From the NCBI GenBank assembly GCA_963777505.1, contig CAVZQN010000003.1:448001-512000 (forward strand): DNA of 64,000 nt, in the 5' to 3' direction. Below are positions 58,882 through 64,000 of the stretch, one piece after another. The notes beneath the pieces were generated by a model. It worked only from the letters and a program-made list of their open reading frames with translations. It was not told where the DNA came from and made no database searches. The stretch's first letter is position 1. Each line of letters starts with the position of its first letter. Position numbers and translations under genes: made by a program. This DNA comes from an uncultured bacterium. Lineage in GTDB: Bacteria > Acidobacteriota > HRBIN11 > JAKEFK01.

Positions 58882-60843
58882 ATGATCCGAGAAATACAAA
58901 AAGAAGTTGAACCTGAGCTAAAAGCAACTCTCCAGGAATTATTCGGCCTGGAAAATTATTCCATTCCTGAGCCGATTTATCCTGAACCTGAGATGGGGGA
59001 TTTTGCATACACGATTGCCTTTCCTCTTGCGAAAACCTTGCGCAAAAATCCAAAACACATTGCTCAGCAAATTGTTGATGCAATCAATGCAAAGAAAATC
59101 GCTTCCATTTTGCGCGCTGAAGTTGGCGGAAATGGATATCTGAATTTCTGGCTCAATCGTCAACCACTCGCGTCGCGGCTTTTTCGCGAGTCGGTAGAAT
59201 CAGAACCATCACGCGAAGGGAAAGCAATTGTAGAACACACAAACATTAATCCCAACAAAGCCGCGCATGTTGGACATCTTCGCAATGCGTGCCTGGGCGA
59301 TTCGCTCGTACGCTTGCTGAAATTTATGGGCACACCTGTAGAAACACACAACTATATCGATGATACAGGCGTGCAAGTCGCCGATGTTGTGGTCGGTTTT
59401 CTCAGACAGGGCAAAAGCATCGCAGATCTGGATTCTATTTCAGGTCGTCTCGATTACTACTTTTGGGATCTCTATGCCGAAACACATCACTGGATTGATA
59501 CAACTCCTGAAGGCAAAACGGAACGACATCGGATTTTGAAAGCAATGGAAGAACGTGAAGAGCCGATCTTCAGCCTCTCAGCAGCGATTGCCGACAGAAT
59601 CATCAGCTGTCATCTTGCAACCATGGGACGTCTCAAGATTGCATACGATCTTCTTCCGCGCGAAAGCGACATCATCGGACTAAGATTCTGGGAAAAAACA
59701 TTTGAACTTCTAAAACAAACAAACGCGATTGTGTACATTGAGGAAGGTAAAAATAAAGGCTGCTGGGTTATGCGTCTTACTGGAAGTGAAGGCTTTCAAG
59801 ATATGCAGGATGCAGACAAAATTATTGTCCGTTCGAATGGAACAGTTACATATGTCGGAAAAGATATTGCATATCAAATGTGGAAGTTTGGACTTCTCGG
59901 CCGTGACTTTCGGTATCGCTTTTTTGAACGGACACCGGAAGGTATGCCTCCACTATGGACCACAACTTCGGTGGGGGGTAATCCGAACGAACATCACTTC
60001 GGCGGCGCGGATATTGTTTATAACGTCATCGATCAAAGACAATCCTATTTGCAAAAAGTTGTTGCTGAAGGTCTGCGAGCTCTTGGTTATAAAGAACAAG
60101 CTGAACGGTCGATTCATTTTGCATATGAGATGGTCACGCTTTCGCCAAAGACTGCAATTGAACTTGGTTTCGAACTATCTGCAGAAGAACGTCAAAAAGC
60201 ATTTGTAGAAATGTCGGGCCGAAAAGGGCTCGGAGTTAAAGCCGATGATTTGATTGATCGTCTGCAACAAAAAGCCCTTCAACGTGTTGAGCCGCTTTAT
60301 CCTGATCTGAATCCAAAACAAAAAGAACAATTGGCTTCTTTGATTGCGATTGGCGCGTTGCGTTATTTCATGATTCGATTTACTCGCAATACTGTGATTA
60401 CCTTTGACATAGATGATGCTTTAAGTTTTGAAGGAGAGACCGGTCCATATCTACAGTATTCAATGGTTCGAGCGGCAAGTATTTTTCGCAAAGTTCGCGA
60501 ATCGGGCTTCAATCTGCCTGAGTCATCTCAATTTGAAGATGCGATCAGTTTGTTGGGCGATCACGAAACAGCCGAGCATCAAGATTCGTGGCAGATAATT
60601 CTTGGAATCATCAGGTTGAAGGATGTTGCTACAAAAGCGCTACGATCGCTTGAAGTTTCATATTTTGCGAAGCATGTTTTTGAACTGGCTCAACTTTTTA
60701 ACAATTATTACCACAAATATCCTGTTCTTCATGAGAAGGATATTCGCCGCAAGTTGCTTCGTATTGCCATAGTAGATATGTTTGCAAAAGGCATGCAAAC
60801 AAGTATGGATTTACTTGGCATACCTGTACCCGAACGCATGTAA
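58882..60843 (+). CDS. argS: Arginine--tRNA ligase
   Basis: EHTNINPNKAAHVGHLRN (HIGH), RSNGTVTY, MSGRKG, FEGETGPYLQYS, DALR-type C-terminus. Confidence 0.95.
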   Translation: MIREIQKEVEPELKATLQELFGLENYSIPEPIYPEPEMGDFAYTIAFPLAKTLRKNPKHIAQQIVDAINAKKIASILRAEVGGNGYLNFWLNRQPLASRLFRESVESEPSREGKAIVEHTNINPNKAAHVGHLRNACLGDSLVRLLKFMGTPVETHNYIDDTGVQVADVVVGFLRQGKSIADLDSISGRLDYYFWDLYAETHHWIDTTPEGKTERHRILKAMEEREEPIFSLSAAIADRIISCHLATMGRLKIAYDLLPRESDIIGLRFWEKTFELLKQTNAIVYIEEGKNKGCWVMRLTGSEGFQDMQDADKIIVRSNGTVTYVGKDIAYQMWKFGLLGRDFRYRFFERTPEGMPPLWTTTSVGGNPNEHHFGGADIVYNVIDQRQSYLQKVVAEGLRALGYKEQAERSIHFAYEMVTLSPKTAIELGFELSAEERQKAFVEMSGRKGLGVKADDLIDRLQQKALQRVEPLYPDLNPKQKEQLASLIAIGALRYFMIRFTRNTVITFDIDDALSFEGETGPYLQYSMVRAASIFRKVRESGFNLPESSQFEDAISLLGDHETAEHQDSWQIILGIIRLKDVATKALRSLEVSYFAKHVFELAQLFNNYYHKYPVLHEKDIRRKLLRIAIVDMFAKGMQTSMDLLGIPVPERM

Positions 60844-60866
60844 TTTTTAACCGCAGAGGCGCCAAG

Positions 60867-61472
60867 ATGAACGCCGAGATTCTCGCATTAGTTCGAATTA
60901 GCTGTGCTGTGTGCTTGCGTGGCGAATCATTGTTGGAACGTGAACTACGAACGGCCATCGAAGCCAGAATTGAAATTGCCAAAATCCGCGAAACCCTTCT
61001 TCAATCGTATTTGTTTGCCGGGTATGCATCCACGATTAATGCATTTATCGTTTTCAACCGGCTGGTCCCGGGCAATTCTGAATACTTTCAGGAAGCTGAA
61101 GGATCGGTAGAGGACTGGCGGAGTCGTGGCGAAGAGTTGTGCCGCAAGATCTATGGACCGCAGTTTGAAAAAATGGTTCAAAACATGAATCAGCTTCATC
61201 CTGATCTTGCGGATTGGATGATTTTTGAAGGCTATGGAAAAGTGTTGTCACGTCCGTTTCTAACTCCTGTTGTGCGTGAATTTCTGATCCTTGCAATGAC
61301 TGCAGCGTTGAATGTGGAACGCCAGTTTCATTCTCATGTTCGCGGTGCATTGCATGCCGGTGCAACTCCGGAAGAAATTCAGGCTGTATTTACGGAAGCA
61401 AAGCCGTTTATGGACCCTTCCTCAATCCCCGCACTTGAAAATATTCTTGAGCAAGTAGTGTCCCGCATCTAG
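60867..61472 (+). CDS. Carboxymuconolactone decarboxylase (CMD/AhpD-like) family protein
   Basis: ETLLQSYLFAGY, YGKVLSRP, HVRGALHAGATPEEI. Confidence 0.8.
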   Translation: MNAEILALVRISCAVCLRGESLLERELRTAIEARIEIAKIRETLLQSYLFAGYASTINAFIVFNRLVPGNSEYFQEAEGSVEDWRSRGEELCRKIYGPQFEKMVQNMNQLHPDLADWMIFEGYGKVLSRPFLTPVVREFLILAMTAALNVERQFHSHVRGALHAGATPEEIQAVFTEAKPFMDPSSIPALENILEQVVSRI

Positions 61473-61478
61473 AAGGCA

Positions 61479-63920
61479 ATGACTCAGAGTCTGGCAGAAT
61501 TTTCGCTGAGCGCATTTCGTAAGAACGCAAATAAAAAGGCATTCATAGAACAAACCGCGTATCGCACAAAAATTTCTACGTATCGTGAAATTGAAGAAGG
61601 CGCGTTCAAAATCGCTTCAGCATTTCGCAAGCAGGGTATCAACGAAGGCGATCGAGTCATTATCTGGAGTGAAAATAGCGCCCGCTGGGCAATGACGTTC
61701 TATGCATGCCTCCTCTCGCGGATAGTTGCTGTTCCTTTGGATGCATCCTTCACTCAGGAATATGTAGACAAAATTTTCAAACTGACCGAAGCTCGGCTTA
61801 TATGTTCTGATAAAAACCTGCAAAGCTGGAACAGTTTGCTTCAAGAATCCAGTTCCTTTGTTCCTGATTCAACGCCTCCGACTCCCGAAACGTTACTGGA
61901 GATCATCTACACCTCAGGAACAACGGGTGATCCGAAAGGGGTCATGATTACTCACGGAAATTTGCTCGCAAACCTGATTCCGGTTTATTCGGAAATTCAA
62001 AAGTACAAAAAGTATGCTTCCATTTTTTCTCAACTGGGTTTTGTGCATTTGATTCCGCTCAGCCATCTGTTCGGACAAGTCATGGGTCTGTTTATTCCTC
62101 AAATGTTAGGCGTCAAAATCATCTTTGCTGATCCATCACCACCGCAAGTGATGCGTGCTGTGAAAACGAATCGAGCGTCAGCGATTATTTGCGTTCCACA
62201 CGAACTAGTGCTTATGCACAAACGCATAGGGACGGTAGTAGGGGCGGGTCTAAGGCCCGCCCAAGAAGTTGATGCCGATAATAAACGGGCGGGTCTAAGA
62301 CCCGCCCCTACAGAACGAAAAGGAATCCCTGGAATTCTGCAACGATGGTGGCGATATCGTGATGTTCATCGCGTTTTTGGTTGGAAGTTTTGGGCATTTA
62401 TTGTTGGTGGAGCTACCTTGCCGCAAGAAGAGGAACGTTTTTGGAGCCAGTTGGGCTATGCAGTTATTCAGGGTTATGGCTTAACTGAAACGGCGCCATC
62501 GGTAACCATTACGCATCCGTTTAAAGGAATCGTGGAAGGTTCTGTTGGGAAAGTTTTGCCTGGAATGGAAGTGAAAATCGCGGACGATGGCGAAGTGCTT
62601 GTACGCGGTGCGAATGTGAGTCCGGGATATTTTCGGAATGAGGAAGCAACACGTGCGATGTTTGAGAACGGCTGGCTTCAAACTGGTGATCTCGGCCGTT
62701 TTGATGAGAATGGCAATCTGGTTTTACTGGGACGCAAAAAAGAGGTGATCGTTCTCGCAGGTGGAATGAATGTATTCCCGCACGATATTGAAGACACATT
62801 GAACCGCGATCAACGCGTACGTGAATCTGCAATTGTGAATGGAGGCACCACTGAAAAGCCGCGAGTTCATGCTGCGCTGATCCTGCAAGATTCCTCTGCT
62901 CAACCTGAAGACGTAATCCGAAATGCGAATTCACATTTACAGCCGCATCAACAAATTCAATCATGGAGTGTTTGGCCTGAAAAAGAATTTCCTCGCACTT
63001 CTACTGGAAAGTTGAAGCGCTTCGCGATCCAACGCGGAATGCCTGGAATTATTTCTGAGGAGTCTGTCGTAGAAAAAGTAGCTGCTGAATTATTGGAAGG
63101 CAACAATGCAGCGGATTCAGATTTAGCGCTTTCTTCCCTTGAAAGAGTCGAACTGATGATGGAGTTGGAAAAAAAGACAGGCACTGAATTAAATGAAGTT
63201 GAATTTGCGAAAGCAAAAACAAGATCCGATGTTGCCAGGCTTATTGATCAACCTTCAATCGCAGTGAGTGAAACGTACAACCCATGGCTGTGGCGATTAT
63301 CGTGGCCAATCCGTTTGCTGCGAAGTGTTTTATGGTATGGGCTCGCATCTCCAGCCATCCGGATCAGGCTGAAGATCCACACAAAGGGTTTGGAAAATTT
63401 GCAACAGCTCGAACCGCCGGTTTTATTTGTATGCAATCATCAAAGCATCATAGATGCGCCGGTGATCCTTCGTGCTTTGCCGCCGTTATGGCGGAGGAAG
63501 CTTTCTCCAGCTATGGGCGCAAACCGCACGAAGCTCGATCTGGTTGCTGCATCTTTATTTTTCAATACGTATCTGTTACCTGTGACGAGTGTTGGGTTAC
63601 GCGGTGCAATTCAACACACAGCGTGGCTCGCAGATCATGGTTATTCTCCGCTTGTATTTCCGGAAGGGAAGCGCACGGCCGATGGAAAGTTACTTCCATT
63701 CCGACCAGGAATTGGTGTGATTGTCAAAGAAACTGGACTTCGTGTCGTTCCAATTGTACTTCATGGTGCGTTTGAAATTTGGCCTGAACATGCACGTGGA
63801 CCAGGTAAAGGTGACGTCCATATTCGTTTTGGTGCACCATTCGATTTCACAGGCAAAGAACCATCTGAGATTACATCAACTCTTGAATCGTGGTATCAAC
63901 AAAACTATGAAATACGATGA
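61479..63920 (+). CDS. Long-chain acyl-CoA synthetase / ACP-like / PlsC acyltransferase fusion
   Basis: YTSGTTGDPKG, GYGLTE, TGDLG, GRKK, PRTSTGK; LSSLERVEL (carrier-like); NHQSIID and FPEGKRT. Confidence 0.9.
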   Translation: MTQSLAEFSLSAFRKNANKKAFIEQTAYRTKISTYREIEEGAFKIASAFRKQGINEGDRVIIWSENSARWAMTFYACLLSRIVAVPLDASFTQEYVDKIFKLTEARLICSDKNLQSWNSLLQESSSFVPDSTPPTPETLLEIIYTSGTTGDPKGVMITHGNLLANLIPVYSEIQKYKKYASIFSQLGFVHLIPLSHLFGQVMGLFIPQMLGVKIIFADPSPPQVMRAVKTNRASAIICVPHELVLMHKRIGTVVGAGLRPAQEVDADNKRAGLRPAPTERKGIPGILQRWWRYRDVHRVFGWKFWAFIVGGATLPQEEERFWSQLGYAVIQGYGLTETAPSVTITHPFKGIVEGSVGKVLPGMEVKIADDGEVLVRGANVSPGYFRNEEATRAMFENGWLQTGDLGRFDENGNLVLLGRKKEVIVLAGGMNVFPHDIEDTLNRDQRVRESAIVNGGTTEKPRVHAALILQDSSAQPEDVIRNANSHLQPHQQIQSWSVWPEKEFPRTSTGKLKRFAIQRGMPGIISEESVVEKVAAELLEGNNAADSDLALSSLERVELMMELEKKTGTELNEVEFAKAKTRSDVARLIDQPSIAVSETYNPWLWRLSWPIRLLRSVLWYGLASPAIRIRLKIHTKGLENLQQLEPPVLFVCNHQSIIDAPVILRALPPLWRRKLSPAMGANRTKLDLVAASLFFNTYLLPVTSVGLRGAIQHTAWLADHGYSPLVFPEGKRTADGKLLPFRPGIGVIVKETGLRVVPIVLHGAFEIWPEHARGPGKGDVHIRFGAPFDFTGKEPSEITSTLESWYQQNYEIR
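62238..62311. repeat. GTAG-type REP-like doublet lying in frame inside a CDS
   Basis: GTAGGGGCGGGTCTAAGGCCCGCCC-spacer-GGGCGGGTCTAAGACCCGCCCCTAC; same family as the intergenic copies at 2429, 20001 and 36661. Confidence 0.9.
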
Positions 63921-64000
63921 TGACCTTGCATACTTCATGATCAAGGTTTCGGTGTTTGTGCAATGAAGAGTTAAACAGATACTTGCTTCATGATGCTATG

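Noticed and set aside
63921-64000. Possible gene start or end at the right edge
   Set aside because: The frames examined close quickly and there is too little sequence to call.

Overview
A gene-dense, AT-leaning bacterial chromosomal segment of mostly housekeeping genes. The gene set and protein styles suggest a diderm, Acidobacteriota-like organism (inference only). I found no rRNA, tRNA, CRISPR array, transposase, integrase or phage gene. Main blocks: a Ser/Thr kinase-PEGA gene with a TPR gene; a prkA(yeaG)-yeaH-spoVR operon; a YdeP/FdhF-family molybdoprotein; an OmpA-family protein; a 2152-aa secreted subtilase with ten 88-aa Ig-like repeats, preceded by a correctly spaced sigma-54 promoter motif and facing an unknown repeat protein plus an orphan NtrC-type activator; cstA; a yyaL-like gene; an M20 peptidase; ccsA-hemA-hemC-hemD; a Gld-like ABC module; and an S41 protease-FecR-diguanylate cyclase-mreBCD-mrdA-rodA-radical SAM-rng-argS run ending in an acyl-CoA synthetase/ACP/acyltransferase fusion. 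Several families of short palindromic (REP/MITE/STRR-like) elements lie between genes, and one REP doublet sits in frame inside the last CDS. Four genes, including rodA, are each split by a single extra base, most likely assembly indels. All family names come from motif recognition by eye; no database searches were run.
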